Assembly (NCBI GenBank): GCA_965197745.1 | Contig: CBDANS010000007.1 | Location: 448,001-512,000, forward strand | Direction: 5' to 3' | From: Opitutales bacterium | GTDB taxonomy: Bacteria > Verrucomicrobiota > Verrucomicrobiia > Opitutales > PNEW01 | Length of the DNA stretch: 64,000 nt | Shown here: piece by piece, positions 1 through 10,572 of the stretch | How the letters are laid out: each line of letters starts with the position of its first letter | Position numbering within the stretch: the stretch's first letter is position 1 | Notes under the pieces: generated by a model | Database searches by the model: none | What the model was told of the DNA's origin: nothing | Seen by the model: only the letters and a program-made list of their open reading frames with translations | Translations under genes and position numbers: made by a program

Positions 1-1544
1 GTGAGGTTAACCCGCAGATATCACCGCCCGATAGCGACAGTAGACAAAAATGGGAGCGTTCCGAAGCGATTAAAGAATTAATTCGGGGACGTCTTGAAGC
101 TTCGGGTCCGGTAACCGTTGTGCAATTGAGTGAATTAATGATCCTCGGTAAGCGAGATATAGAAGCTGCTCTAGCGGCTTTGGAAGCTGAAGGTTTTATT
201 CTCCGCGGACATTTTCGAACAAACGCACGCGAACAGGAGTGGTGCGATCGCAGACTTTTAGCGAGGATTCATAAGCTCACAATAAATCGGCTTCGAGCGG
301 AGATTCAACCGGTTTCGGTCAGTGAATTCTTCCGTTTTCTTACAGCCTGGCAGCGCGTGGATGAAGAACATCGCACGGAGGGTCCCGAAGGACTGGAAGC
401 TGTTTTGTCCCTTCTCGATGGATATGAATTACCGGTTGCAGCCTGGGAGCCTTATGTGTTGGGAAAACGGGTGAATAAGTACGATCCGCAATGGCTGGAT
501 CGCTATTGTTTTTCAGGTCGTATTGGTTGGGGTCGGTTTACAATCCCGCAGAATCATAAAGCCCGTGGATTTTCCTTGGGGCCATTAAGGTCCAGCCCGA
601 TGGCCCTGTTTTCGAGAGAAAATCTGCATCACTGGTTGACGCTTTCCAGCCAGGATTACCCGGCGGAACTATCGGCAAATACGTTGCAGGTTTGGGATAT
701 GCTTAATCAGGATGGGGCCTTGTTTTTTACTGAATTGGTAAATAAAACAGGATTACTTCCAACCCACGTTGAACAGGTGCTTGGTGAATTAGCAGCCCTG
801 GGTTTAGTCACTTCAGATAGTTTTGACGGGTTGAGAGCCCTGTTAATGCCATCTGATAAACGGCCGACTATTGGAGAAGCATCGAGGAAGAGAAGTCATA
901 CTCAACTGGGCAGTATTGAGTTTGCGGGCAGGTGGTCAGCATTGCGTGTGCCAGTAGAAATTACCGAGAAAAACGGTGGTGGTAATACCCATGCGGGGAT
1001 GGGTAATGGCAAGACTATAAATCCTATTGATAAATATAATTCTTCAGAGCGTCTCAAGAAAGATGGATCGATTGAAAACTATGCCAGAATATTGTTGCAC
1101 CGTTATGGAATAGTGTTCCGCAGACTCTTGGAAAGAGAGTCTATGCCTGTATCCTGGTACGAACTGGGGCGCGCTTACCGGCTGCTTGAAGCGAGGGGAG
1201 AAATTCGTGGCGGGTATTTCATTGCAGGGGTGAGTGGTGAGCAATTTGCTTTACCCGAGGCGATTGGTCTATTAAGGTCGATGCGCAAGTCGATGCCGAA
1301 AGGTGAACTCATCACGCTCAGCGCTGCGGATCCATTAAATCTCGTTGGAATTCTCACCCCGGGACCTCGCATCACCGCGATCACAAAAAATCGCATTCTC
1401 ATGCTCGATGGATTGCCGATTGCCGCTTTAGAAAGTGGAGAGATAGTAAAACTGGACAGTGGGGCTGGGATTTCAAATCAAGTGATAAATGACAGTCTCA
1501 AAATTGGGAATATAAGCGCTTCCCTTAGGCCATATTATGCTTAA
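1..1544 (+). CDS. lhr: Lhr-family ATP-dependent helicase, C-terminal part (5'-partial; frame is open from position 3)
   Basis: Motifs typical of the Lhr C-terminal region: WCDRRLLARIH, AGRWS, LLHRYGIVFR, LEARGEIRGGYF, GEQFA, AADPLNL. No stop codon in frame upstream of 120. Confidence 0.85.
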   Translation, partial: EVNPQISPPDSDSRQKWERSEAIKELIRGRLEASGPVTVVQLSELMILGKRDIEAALAALEAEGFILRGHFRTNAREQEWCDRRLLARIHKLTINRLRAEIQPVSVSEFFRFLTAWQRVDEEHRTEGPEGLEAVLSLLDGYELPVAAWEPYVLGKRVNKYDPQWLDRYCFSGRIGWGRFTIPQNHKARGFSLGPLRSSPMALFSRENLHHWLTLSSQDYPAELSANTLQVWDMLNQDGALFFTELVNKTGLLPTHVEQVLGELAALGLVTSDSFDGLRALLMPSDKRPTIGEASRKRSHTQLGSIEFAGRWSALRVPVEITEKNGGGNTHAGMGNGKTINPIDKYNSSERLKKDGSIENYARILLHRYGIVFRRLLERESMPVSWYELGRAYRLLEARGEIRGGYFIAGVSGEQFALPEAIGLLRSMRKSMPKGELITLSAADPLNLVGILTPGPRITAITKNRILMLDGLPIAALESGEIVKLDSGAGISNQVINDSLKIGNISASLRPYYA

Positions 1545-1716
1545 TAAATATTTGAATTCTCGATACACATAGGGATAAAAGCCAATAATAGACTATAAAC
1601 CCCTTAAAAATTCTTGATTTTCCTTTAACAATTGGCTTTTTTCTTTTTTATATAATTCAATAAGTGAATTAAATATACTAATATAAAAATTAAATATTAG
1701 AAATGAGGGGATTATT

Positions 1717-2115
1717 ATGCGCGTGCTAATAGTAGATGATGATGAAGATTGCAGGGAGCTGTTACTGGATCACATCTCACCGTTTGGTAAATGCGAATTC
1801 GCAATCAATGGATTGGAAGCTATTGATTGGGTAAAAAAGGCGTATAATGAAGAGGACCCATTTGATTTTATCACGCTTGATGTGATGATGCCTGAATTAG
1901 ATGGATTGAGCACTTTGACTAAGATTAGAGAATACGAAGATTCACAAGGGATCGCGCGCAATGCGGGGGTAAAAGTCATGATGATATCCGCCGTGGATGA
2001 TATCAATAAAATCAGACAGTCATTCAATGACCAGTGTGAAGCCTATGTAGTTAAGCCTTTTGATAGGGAAAAGGTTCTCTATGGTATGAAGCAATTGGGA
2101 ATTATCAGCGATTAA
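1717..2115 (+). CDS. Single-domain response regulator (CheY-like receiver)
   Basis: VLIVDDD, phospho-acceptor LDVMMPELDG, ISA and VKP motifs. GAGGGG RBS upstream. Confidence 0.9.
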   Translation: MRVLIVDDDEDCRELLLDHISPFGKCEFAINGLEAIDWVKKAYNEEDPFDFITLDVMMPELDGLSTLTKIREYEDSQGIARNAGVKVMMISAVDDINKIRQSFNDQCEAYVVKPFDREKVLYGMKQLGIISD

Positions 2116-2245
2116 TTTAGATCAATCGTTTGATTCATTGATTACGCATAGATTGTCGCCGGGCAATCAAAACTTAAGCATACTGGAGCAGCCCTTAGTA
2201 AGAGGGTCGATGCGGGTAATTTGTCCTGCACAAGAAAACCGGTTG

Positions 2246-2271
2246 ATATTTCTGATGGGGGTCAGAAATAT
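2246..2271. promoter_or_regulatory. Perfect 10-bp inverted repeat directly upstream of the sulfatase (possible operator or RNA hairpin)
   Basis: ATATTTCTGA-tggggg-TCAGAAATAT, ending 13 nt before the ATG at 2285. Confidence 0.35.
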
Positions 2272-2284
2272 TGATTAAGATAAA

Positions 2285-3757
2285 ATGAATCGACGAGATT
2301 TCCTTCGACTCACGGCTTCCACCGCTGCCACCGCATCGATTACAGGAAATACTCTTCTCTCATCATCCCCCCATCCGGATACCACTCTCGATTCAACGGC
2401 AAAGAGACCTAACGTCCTTTTCCTGGCTGTGGATGACATGCGACCATCGCTGGGATGTTACGGTGATAAGTTGGCGATTTCACCTAACATCGACCGATTA
2501 GCGAACAATGGGATTTTATTTAACCGAGCTTATTGCCAATCGGCTTTGTGTAATCCGTCTCGGTCTTCTCTCTTTACGGGTCGTCGGCCAGACACGACCA
2601 GAGTATGGGGGAATCGCGCTCATTTTCGTGAAGCACTTCCTGATGTTTTAACCTTGCCCGAGTATTTTATGCATCATGGCTATCACGTGGAAAATATCGG
2701 CAAAATGTTTCACGGCCAGACTTATACATTAGACCCTCAATCTTGGTCTGTGCCGCCACGCTATGACCTGGCGACTTATAATGAACATTATGCGATACCG
2801 GATGCAGGAAGAGGTAAAATCGGCGCTTCGGTCGCAAGTCCCAAACGGCCGGATAACGCTTTTCATGATGGCATGGTTGCTGATGATGCGTTGAGCACAC
2901 TACAGAGAATCAAGAACAGACAATTTTTTCTAGCGGTGGGATTTAGAAGACCGCACTTGCCGTTCAGTGCTCCCAAAAAGTACTGGGACTTATACGAAAG
3001 AAAAATACTGGGTCAACCCGATAACCCTAGACATCCCATCGATATGCCTAGCTTAGCTATCGATGGCTTAGGCATTGCCAGTATCTGGAATGATATTCCC
3101 GAAAAGGGTGGATTATCATCGGAAAAAATTGCTGAACTTCGCCACGGTTATTACGCATGCGTTAGCTATATTGACACGCAAATTGGGCGGCTGATGCGTG
3201 AACTCGACAATCTTGGTTTGAGAGACAATACGATCGTCATTCTCTGGGGTGATCATGGATTTCATCTCGGTGAACACGGTATATGGGGTAAGCAAAGTAA
3301 TTTTGAATTGGACACCCGTTCCCCGATGATGCTTGCGGTGCCCAATCAAAAAAACAGGGGAATGAAAACCGATGCCCTTGTAGAGTTCGTTGACATCTAC
3401 CCGACACTTGTCGACCTATGCGGTCTGCCTTTACCCGAAGGCCTGGAAGGTGTGAGTATGTCACCACTCCTCGATGATCACAACCGTCCCTGGAAAAAAG
3501 CGGCATTCAGCCAGTATCTCCGCACCAAAGAAGAAAATGAATATATGGGATACTCGGCACGCACCGATCGTTATCGATACACTGAGTGGAAAGAAAGAGA
3601 AACCGGCCAGGTTGCAGCGCGAGAGCTCTACGACCATGAGATTGATCCTGGAGAAACGGTAAACCTCGCTAATAAGCCGAAGTTAACGGATACTATCGCC
3701 CGGTTAAGCAGCGTCCTGAACCGTGGTTGGAAAGCGGCCCTGCCACCGTCTTATTAA
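2285..3757 (+). CDS. Formylglycine-dependent sulfatase (iduronate-2-sulfatase-like), Tat-exported
   Basis: Tat signal MNRRDFL; PNVLFLAVDD; CNPSRSSL (CxPxR); GKMFH; PHLPF; GDHGFHLGEH. Confidence 0.92.
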   Translation: MNRRDFLRLTASTAATASITGNTLLSSSPHPDTTLDSTAKRPNVLFLAVDDMRPSLGCYGDKLAISPNIDRLANNGILFNRAYCQSALCNPSRSSLFTGRRPDTTRVWGNRAHFREALPDVLTLPEYFMHHGYHVENIGKMFHGQTYTLDPQSWSVPPRYDLATYNEHYAIPDAGRGKIGASVASPKRPDNAFHDGMVADDALSTLQRIKNRQFFLAVGFRRPHLPFSAPKKYWDLYERKILGQPDNPRHPIDMPSLAIDGLGIASIWNDIPEKGGLSSEKIAELRHGYYACVSYIDTQIGRLMRELDNLGLRDNTIVILWGDHGFHLGEHGIWGKQSNFELDTRSPMMLAVPNQKNRGMKTDALVEFVDIYPTLVDLCGLPLPEGLEGVSMSPLLDDHNRPWKKAAFSQYLRTKEENEYMGYSARTDRYRYTEWKERETGQVAARELYDHEIDPGETVNLANKPKLTDTIARLSSVLNRGWKAALPPSY

Positions 3758-3771
3758 TTTATGCCTTTTTT

Positions 3772-3802
3772 TGAATCCAAATAGTTGGGAATTAACGTCT
3801 AA
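3772..3802 (+). promoter_or_regulatory. Putative ECF sigma promoter (-35 TGAATCC, -10 CGTCTAA) for the ECF operon
   Basis: Motif pair with about 17-nt spacing upstream of the first gene of an ECF sigma operon. CGTC -10 elements are typical of autoregulated ECF promoters (inference). Confidence 0.35.
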
Positions 3803-3849
3803 TTGACTAACGAATAATGAACAAGATTTAACCTAAAATTCCCCGAACT

Positions 3850-4467
3850 ATGAAAAAAATAAGCATCCTGGTAATGGTTATCCTGGGTGTATGCTGTGCC
3901 ACTTTAAATATTTACGCACAGGATACAACCGATTCTGTAGAAACAGAAGCCGAAGAGAATAAAATTCAATTACTGATAGATAACGCTGATGACGATCAAC
4001 TGCTGCAAAGTCTCATCAGCAAACTGGATTCAAAAGATGCGCTCGAGTATTTAAAGGTTCAAGAAGAAGCGGACCATCTAGGTTTACCATGGGGAAGAAG
4101 GAGAAATAGTGAGGTTATTGGGACGATAGGGTTTTTTGTGTTACCGGTATTTATCGTAGGGCTCGTTTTATTTTTCAGGTACCGGGATAATCAAAACCTC
4201 TACATGGTTGTTAATAATATGGTCGATAAAGGCATGGAAGTTCCGGCCCATCTGTTAGAGAGGCCGAGAAGAAAGAGAACGCCGCGTTCGGATCTGCATA
4301 AGGGATTGATTCTCATCTCGATTGGATTGGGCGTTGCCTGTTTTCTGAGCTTGCGGGGGGGTGAGGGTTGGAGCGTGGGAATCATCCCACTGTTTATCGG
4401 CATCGCTTATTTAATCATCTGGAAACTCGAGAGTGGTAAACAAAAAGAAAAAGCAATAGAAGAGTAA
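3850..4467 (+). CDS. Membrane protein, DUF6249-like, associated with an ECF sigma factor
   Basis: Signal peptide, a TM helix, then DKGMEVP...SDLHKGLILISIGLG...GIIPLFIGIAYLIIW; lies immediately upstream of the ECF sigma gene. Confidence 0.65.
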   Translation: MKKISILVMVILGVCCATLNIYAQDTTDSVETEAEENKIQLLIDNADDDQLLQSLISKLDSKDALEYLKVQEEADHLGLPWGRRRNSEVIGTIGFFVLPVFIVGLVLFFRYRDNQNLYMVVNNMVDKGMEVPAHLLERPRRKRTPRSDLHKGLILISIGLGVACFLSLRGGEGWSVGIIPLFIGIAYLIIWKLESGKQKEKAIEE

Positions 4468-4481
4468 TAGCTCCTATTACC

Positions 4482-5021
4482 GTGTCATTTTCGGATGCAG
4501 ACCTGATTACTCGTGTTCTTCTTAACGATGATCGCCACGCTTTTGGGGAGCTGGTTCGCCGTTACCAGTCTGCCGTTCGCGGCATGTTGCGCAAACTTAC
4601 TTCCGGCGATGACAGCCTGGCCGACGATCTCTCCCAGGATATATTTATTCAAGCCTATCGAAAGCTCAGTAAATATAAAGGTCATGCCAAATTTTCCACC
4701 TGGCTCTATCGCATTGCCTATAATTTATTCATCAGTGATATTCGTCGTAAAAGAGAACTCATCAGCTTCGATGAGAATCCTATTGAGTCTTCAGTCCCGG
4801 CAGTTACTGATCAGATCGAATTAAAGCAGGACCTTGAAATGGCGATGAAACAGTTAACCGTAAATGAATGCGCGGCTATACATCTTTGTTATCAGGAGGG
4901 ACTCTCTCATGAAGAGGCAGCCCGCGTGCTTGACTGCCCGTTGGGAACAGTTAAGACTCATATCCTGAGAGGAAAAAACAAGTTGCGTGAAATTCTCTCG
5001 GTGTGGAGGAAAGGTACTTGA
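4482..5021 (+). CDS. ECF-family RNA polymerase sigma factor
   Basis: Region 2 (ADDLSQDIF...FSTWLYRIAYN) and region 4 (EGLSHEEAA...PLGTVKTHILRG). Confidence 0.93.
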   Translation: MSFSDADLITRVLLNDDRHAFGELVRRYQSAVRGMLRKLTSGDDSLADDLSQDIFIQAYRKLSKYKGHAKFSTWLYRIAYNLFISDIRRKRELISFDENPIESSVPAVTDQIELKQDLEMAMKQLTVNECAAIHLCYQEGLSHEEAARVLDCPLGTVKTHILRGKNKLREILSVWRKGT

Positions 5022-5022
5022 A

Positions 5023-5352
5023 ATGAAAGATAGAGAAAAAGAAGACTGGCTTGAAATAAGTCTTTCGGAACCCGATCCCTATATTGATGACGCCGGGTTC
5101 AGCAAAAGAGTCTTACAAAAGCTACCCGTTCGTGTGGGGAGACCCGAATGGTTAAAAGCAGTGATTCTTCTCAGTGCTGCCGCTTTATCATCACTCTGTG
5201 CGCTTATTTTTCTTCCCGATAGTCAGATAATTGGGACGATGATTAAAGAAACGGTCAGTTTCAGGGCACTCGATTTGAGTCTACTTCTACCGCTTACTGT
5301 GGTCCTCGCTATATCAGCTATTTCATGGATGATCGGTAATAGTGAAATTTAA
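5023..5352 (+). CDS. Putative membrane anti-sigma factor
   Basis: ATG 1 nt after the sigma stop; YIDDAGFSKRVLQKLP followed by two TM helices. Confidence 0.6.
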   Translation: MKDREKEDWLEISLSEPDPYIDDAGFSKRVLQKLPVRVGRPEWLKAVILLSAAALSSLCALIFLPDSQIIGTMIKETVSFRALDLSLLLPLTVVLAISAISWMIGNSEI

Positions 5353-5423
5353 TAAGTAGGAATTTGGCTTAGGAGATTCTTTACCCAACACTTTCAGGTA
5401 AAGGATGGGTAGCAGGTAGTTAA

Positions 5424-5918
5424 ATGAAGACAGGACTTCAAACGAGCGGGGAAGATAAGATAATTGACCATGCCGGTGTCGTGGCGCCACCGCCTCTTAT
5501 TTATCTCTGTTCAATTCTTCTCGGGTTAGGTTTAGACACCTTATGGCCGGTTGAGGTTCTATCCCGGGCCGTCGCGTTTCCTTTTGGGATGTTTCTTGTT
5601 CTCTTCGTTGTTATGATCTTTGTCTTTTCGGTGCGCCAATTTTTGAAAGCTGAAACTCCGCTTCCGCCTAATAAACCAACTGTTTTTATCGTAAGGACTG
5701 GCCCTTATCGATATAGCCGCAACCCGATTTATTTATCGATGACGCTTCTCCAGATTGGTATTGGCATCTGGGCTGACTGTGTATGGATCCTGGCGATGCT
5801 GATCCCGGCATTAATCCTCATCTCTTACGGGGTTATTTCGAGGGAGGAAAGATATCTGGAGAAAAAATTCGGTGATGAATACAGGGAATACAAAAAAACC
5901 GTGAGGCGATGGATTTAA
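5424..5918 (+). CDS. Isoprenylcysteine carboxyl methyltransferase (ICMT/PEMT) family membrane protein
   Basis: PPPLIY, GPYRYSRNPIYL, EERYLEKKFGDEY...VRRWI. Confidence 0.88.
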   Translation: MKTGLQTSGEDKIIDHAGVVAPPPLIYLCSILLGLGLDTLWPVEVLSRAVAFPFGMFLVLFVVMIFVFSVRQFLKAETPLPPNKPTVFIVRTGPYRYSRNPIYLSMTLLQIGIGIWADCVWILAMLIPALILISYGVISREERYLEKKFGDEYREYKKTVRRWI

Positions 5919-6007
5919 TCAGACACTCTTCTAATACGACCTGCACGTTTCAAAATACAGATTAACAACTTCATCCAGGGGGTAAATGAAAAACACCTTT
6001 CAGACTA

Positions 6008-7584
6008 TCAGGGAGTAAAGACGAAAGACGAGGTGCTCAGCTCAAGAACGTCTCCCGGATCATTAGTGCCGTCGTCAAATGCCCCGGTCAGAACCGCGGC
6101 CAGATAGAGTAAATAAGTGCCGGCAGGTTCTCCACCTGTCCAGGTATATAGGAAGAAGCCAGGATCATCGATAGTGATGGGTGTGGACAGGTCTACGCCC
6201 GTATCAAAAGGAATTAGCGTTATCGGATTGGACAGACTTCCGAAGGAACTGCCTGGATCGGTAAAGGATATTGTCGTGTCACCGTCAGGTAAAATCACTC
6301 CCGCATAAAAGTCTACGGTCACGGGAAATCCCGGATTATCTCTTCGCAGTGTGACACTTATTGTTTCCTGGGGAACAAAGTTTGCCTGATCAGAGCAGAT
6401 GGATAGAGGATCACCGGGAGGGCATGGGGGTGAATTAAAAATAATGTCAATTCCGCTTTGTGAACTTCCTGCAACGGCGGTTACTGTTGTGAATACACTG
6501 GGGTCATCAGTCGATTCATCACTCGATTCGCTCGCTCCGTTATAGAATTCCTCATCTCCCGGTAAAGGTGATCGCGGAGTAGTACTAAATCCACCAGCGA
6601 GCATTTCATCGATATAGAGGGCATAATTGGCGCCAGGGGTCAGACCGTTAAGGGTGTAGACACCCACAAAAGGCATCCCTGCTGCGGATTCGGTAGTAAA
6701 ATTTCCGGAGATCGCGGAAACAGTATCTTCAATTGAATTAAGGATGTTTCGGCTTATGACATTAACCCCAGAGACAGGAGTAACTCCATCAGGGGCAAAG
6801 ACAGTCCCCGTTATGGAACCGAAATTCGTAAAAAAGCCAGGATCTGGATAAAGGGTAGAAAAAATAGCAATGTCTTCTATAGCGGGTGTCTCTTGACCGC
6901 CATTACTGACAATGAACGGGTACATGGTCTCAATTTCATTGCTAATGCCCGTTGTCGGAAATGTATCGAAAGGGGTGGGTCCACTATTGTCGCCTAATAA
7001 TAATACCTGACCGTTATTCACGGTGTGTGCCAGATTACTGTAATGACCGAATTCGTGAACGAGGACAGAAAACGCATCCGCTTCGGTTATGGTGCCATCA
7101 AGGATAGCACCACCATTGATGAATGCTCTAACCCTTCAATGATATCACCCGTTACACTATTAGACCACTCAGGACTGGCGAATCCCAATACCCCTGATCC
7201 AACCCCGAATAGTAAGTCGAATATTGCACCGTCCTCATCATAAACGATAGCGCTCAATCCGTCTGGTGCTAGTGGAAATATGAAAGGGATAAAATTAGTT
7301 TCATTGACGTCAAGGGACAATGATCCCGCGTTGATATAAGTAGCGGACGCCGTGCTAACATCCCCCCATGCCTGGAATGCATTCGCAGTCTGAGTAACCG
7401 CCTGTGCATTTGATAAAGGCCCGAGTGCTCCCAAGTCAGGATTGAAAGGAATGTTTGCCCCTCCTCCAGGCCAAAGATAGGGAGAACCTGGGGATTGCAG
7501 CGAGAGAGGTCCACCCGCATATAATGGGATGAGCGCGAAAGCAAAAAGAACCAGCGAGAAACCGTGTTTTCTATAGCGCATCAA
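6008..7584 (-). pseudogene. Secreted metzincin (matrixin-like) zinc metalloprotease, split by one frameshift near 7130
   Basis: The frame of ORF 6008-7021 extends upstream as AFINGGAILDGTITEADAFSVLVHEFGHYSNLAHT (HExxHxxxxxH), followed by Met-turn ETMYP. ORF 7087-7584 supplies the signal peptide and N-terminus. This may be a sequencing indel. Confidence 0.75.
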
Positions 7585-7597
7585 TATTTACTTCCAC

Positions 7598-8182
7598 TTA
7601 TTGCTTTTTGAGAATAGCTGTTAATCGATCTTTGAGCTCTGAATAAAGCAATGTTACAATATCAGTTACCTCGCTCGGTTCTATCCCTCTGAATATTCCA
7701 CGATTGTTAAACGCATTCACCGCAATTTCTTTATCATTATATCCCGTAATGAGAAAGCACCCTTGACCTAAACCGACTATGGTCGACAGTCCTATCGCGC
7801 TTGGCACAGTGGTAAACAGCAGGTAAGTCTCGCCCATCTCCAGCTCTGGTAATTCGGGCAGGATGCGGTGTGATTGTATATTACCATGTACAACGGATTT
7901 TTTATTACCCAACATGCGAATCTCTGCGAATTTTTTACCCTTGGCGGTTTTAAAATTACCCTGAAAAGCTTCTTCCACTTCGATTTTGTAAATTAGAATT
8001 GGAATTTCGCTTCCACCAATCTCAGTGCTACTCGGGGTTATTTCCATTGTTTTACCACGGAAAATCTTATCTGCCCTCTCTGACATTTCTATCAGGTTTA
8101 ACTGGAGCAGGGTCGTTGCCAAAACTTCCTGTGACCAGGTCGTGACTGCGGCGAAGATTAAAATAAGGAACAATCTTTTCAA
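7598..8182 (-). CDS. Secreted hypothetical protein co-transcribed with the metalloprotease
   Basis: Signal peptide; ATTLLQLNLIEMSERADKIFRG...GETYLLF...VGLGQGCF; 13-nt gap to the protease gene. Confidence 0.6.
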   Translation of the reverse strand: MKRLFLILIFAAVTTWSQEVLATTLLQLNLIEMSERADKIFRGKTMEITPSSTEIGGSEIPILIYKIEVEEAFQGNFKTAKGKKFAEIRMLGNKKSVVHGNIQSHRILPELPELEMGETYLLFTTVPSAIGLSTIVGLGQGCFLITGYNDKEIAVNAFNNRGIFRGIEPSEVTDIVTLLYSELKDRLTAILKKQ

Positions 8183-8633
8183 TTAGTATAAAATTCCTAT
8201 TTATATAAATTATTGAAAAATATCAGATAAGAACACTGAGAGTTACATTCAACCCGGTTTGAAAATAGATAATTCTATCATGAGGGAAACAATAATATTT
8301 CAAGAAGCACGAAATATTTCTAAAGAAAGCATATTTAGCCTGTTTGAGGCAAGTGGGTGTAGTCTTCTGCGGAATAAGCTGAGGAGCTATAAAAGGGAAT
8401 GATAAGTTCACATTCGTTGATTTCAGCTAGGTCCGATAAAAATACCATCCGTTTAGGGGAAGATGACAGGTCTTCTTTGTCACAGAATCCTATTACGATA
8501 TTTCCTAACGGAGGTAGTGATTAGGGCAGTCATTTATGGTGTAATCGCTTTACATAATAGGCTATCAGGTTCAATTAATGTGGGTAAATTTAGTTTCAAT
8601 GATGCTTAAATCCAACCCTTCTATTATTCAGGT

Positions 8634-10298
8634 ATGAATTTACGATTTAAGCTGAGAGGATTAATTGGTGCGATCGGATTTACTCCTCTATGCGTGGTTG
8701 CGAATGAACCCGAAATAACAGGGCAGGTATTGCTGAGTGAGGGTTTACATTGGTTGGATTGGTCGGTAATTGCATTATACGCTTTGGTTCTTATCGGCCT
8801 GGGGTGGTGGTTTTCGCGCAAGCAAAAAGATACCGGAGATTATTTTCTTGGTGGGGGGAAAATGAACCCCTTTATCGTGGGCATCTCTCTTTTTGTCACA
8901 TTGCTCAGTACCATTTCCTATATCGCCATACCCGGTGAAATAATAAAACACGGTCCAGTTGTTGCCTATGGTGTTTTGGCTATCCCCTTAGCTTATTTAT
9001 TCGTCAGTTATTTTCTGATTCCAATATTAATGCGACAGCGGGTCACGAGTGCCTATCAAATATTAGAATTGTATCTTGGATCAAAGATTCGCCTCCTCGG
9101 CGCCTGTTGGTTTATCTTTATGCGATTAATATGGATGACGGTGCTGGTATTTGTCGCCGCCAATGCCATTAGCGTTATTTTAGGTTATGGACCAGAGATG
9201 GTTCCGGTCGTTGTTCTATTTACCGGATTAGTAGCGGTAATCTATACTTCGTTGGGGGGTATTAAGGCGGTGGTGATTACGGATTTTATACAATTCTGCA
9301 TATTAATCTCCGGTTCTCTCTTAACCATTGTCATCGTCAGTATTCATTTAAGCGGCTTTCATTGGGTCCCTACTACCTGGTCGCCCCATTGGGACACGCA
9401 GCCCTTCTTCAGTATTAACCCTACGGTCCGAGCAACGGTAATGGGGGCCATCATTCTGGATTTCCTTTTCATTGTCTGCAGCTCAGGATCGGATCAGACT
9501 CAGGTCCAGCGTTATATGTCTACGCGTAATGCACCTGCCGCGCAGCGAGCTTTTTTAATAAAATCCGTGGCCGGTGTATTAACCTTTCTCGTTGTCGCGA
9601 TGACAGGTTTTGCGATCATGGGATTTTATAATCATAGCCCGGAAAGTCTTCCCCAAGGTGAGAGTCTGCGGTCATTTGCGGATCAATTATTTCCTTATTT
9701 CATCGCCAATCAATTACCGATCGGGCTGGCCGGTTTAGTTGTATCGGCCCTCTTTGCCGCAGCGATGTCGAGTCTCGATTCAGGTGTTAATTCCATCACT
9801 GCGGTGGTGATGACAGATTTCCTCGACCGTTATGGAAAAACACACCGCGATGAACGAGAACATAAACGTATTGCCATGATTCTGGCCTTTGTCATTGGCA
9901 TAATAATCGTATTAGCGAGTTCACAGATGGGAATCATCCCGGGTAATTTCAAAGAGTTGACGCACAAGACAACAGGTTTACTCGTACCCGGCCTTTTTGG
10001 GATTTTTTTCATGGCCCTGTTTATCCGTTTCGCCACTCCCTTTGGGGTGGCCATCGGTTCACTCTATGGTGTTGTAGGCGCATTCGTCATAGCTTACTGG
10101 GATGTCCTCACCGGGTTCCCCCGAGTGAGTTATCAGTTGTATATGCTTTTTGAACTGATAATTCAACTAACCCTTGCAAGCGTTTTCAGTTTGATTCCTT
10201 TGAAAGGAAAATCAACTGCCGTTGTTCTGACGTGGGCATCAATCTGTCTATTCCCCCTAATCGCAGGTCTATCCATGATCATCCTTTTGCGACCTTAG
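8634..10298 (+). CDS. Sodium:solute symporter (SSS/SLC5) family transporter
   Basis: DYFLGG, STISY, YTSLGGIKAVVITDFIQ, DQTQVQRY, AAAMSSLDSG; many TM helices. Confidence 0.92.
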   Translation: MNLRFKLRGLIGAIGFTPLCVVANEPEITGQVLLSEGLHWLDWSVIALYALVLIGLGWWFSRKQKDTGDYFLGGGKMNPFIVGISLFVTLLSTISYIAIPGEIIKHGPVVAYGVLAIPLAYLFVSYFLIPILMRQRVTSAYQILELYLGSKIRLLGACWFIFMRLIWMTVLVFVAANAISVILGYGPEMVPVVVLFTGLVAVIYTSLGGIKAVVITDFIQFCILISGSLLTIVIVSIHLSGFHWVPTTWSPHWDTQPFFSINPTVRATVMGAIILDFLFIVCSSGSDQTQVQRYMSTRNAPAAQRAFLIKSVAGVLTFLVVAMTGFAIMGFYNHSPESLPQGESLRSFADQLFPYFIANQLPIGLAGLVVSALFAAAMSSLDSGVNSITAVVMTDFLDRYGKTHRDEREHKRIAMILAFVIGIIIVLASSQMGIIPGNFKELTHKTTGLLVPGLFGIFFMALFIRFATPFGVAIGSLYGVVGAFVIAYWDVLTGFPRVSYQLYMLFELIIQLTLASVFSLIPLKGKSTAVVLTWASICLFPLIAGLSMIILLRP

Positions 10299-10325
10299 AA
10301 GTATCATAGAAACAGCGTATATGAG

Positions 10326-10352
10326 AGGATTCATTAGATAATAGTGAATCTT
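10326..10352 (+). terminator. Possible weak terminator hairpin after the symporter
   Basis: AGGATTCATTA-GATAA-TAGTGAATCTT stem with G:U pairs; poor U-tract. Confidence 0.3.
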
Positions 10353-10572
10353 AATTTCCCTCAATCGATTTGCTGATGTAAGTCGTAGATTTATTTTTTA
10401 TCATCCCTGTATTTCTGTTCTCTACTCGATCTGTGATATATATTTACACTTTTTTAACGTAATATAGTGCTATAAAATGTTGCACCCATTATGGGGAAAG
10501 CTAAATATTAGCTGAAGGAAAAGACGCGATAAACAATAGCTATAGAATGAAAAAAAATAATAGCGTGAACCC

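Noticed and set aside
5970..6000. Weak echo of the metalloprotease C-terminal codons (FSFTP vs FVFTP) just downstream of the gene
   Set aside because: Similarity is under 20 nt with mismatches and could be chance.
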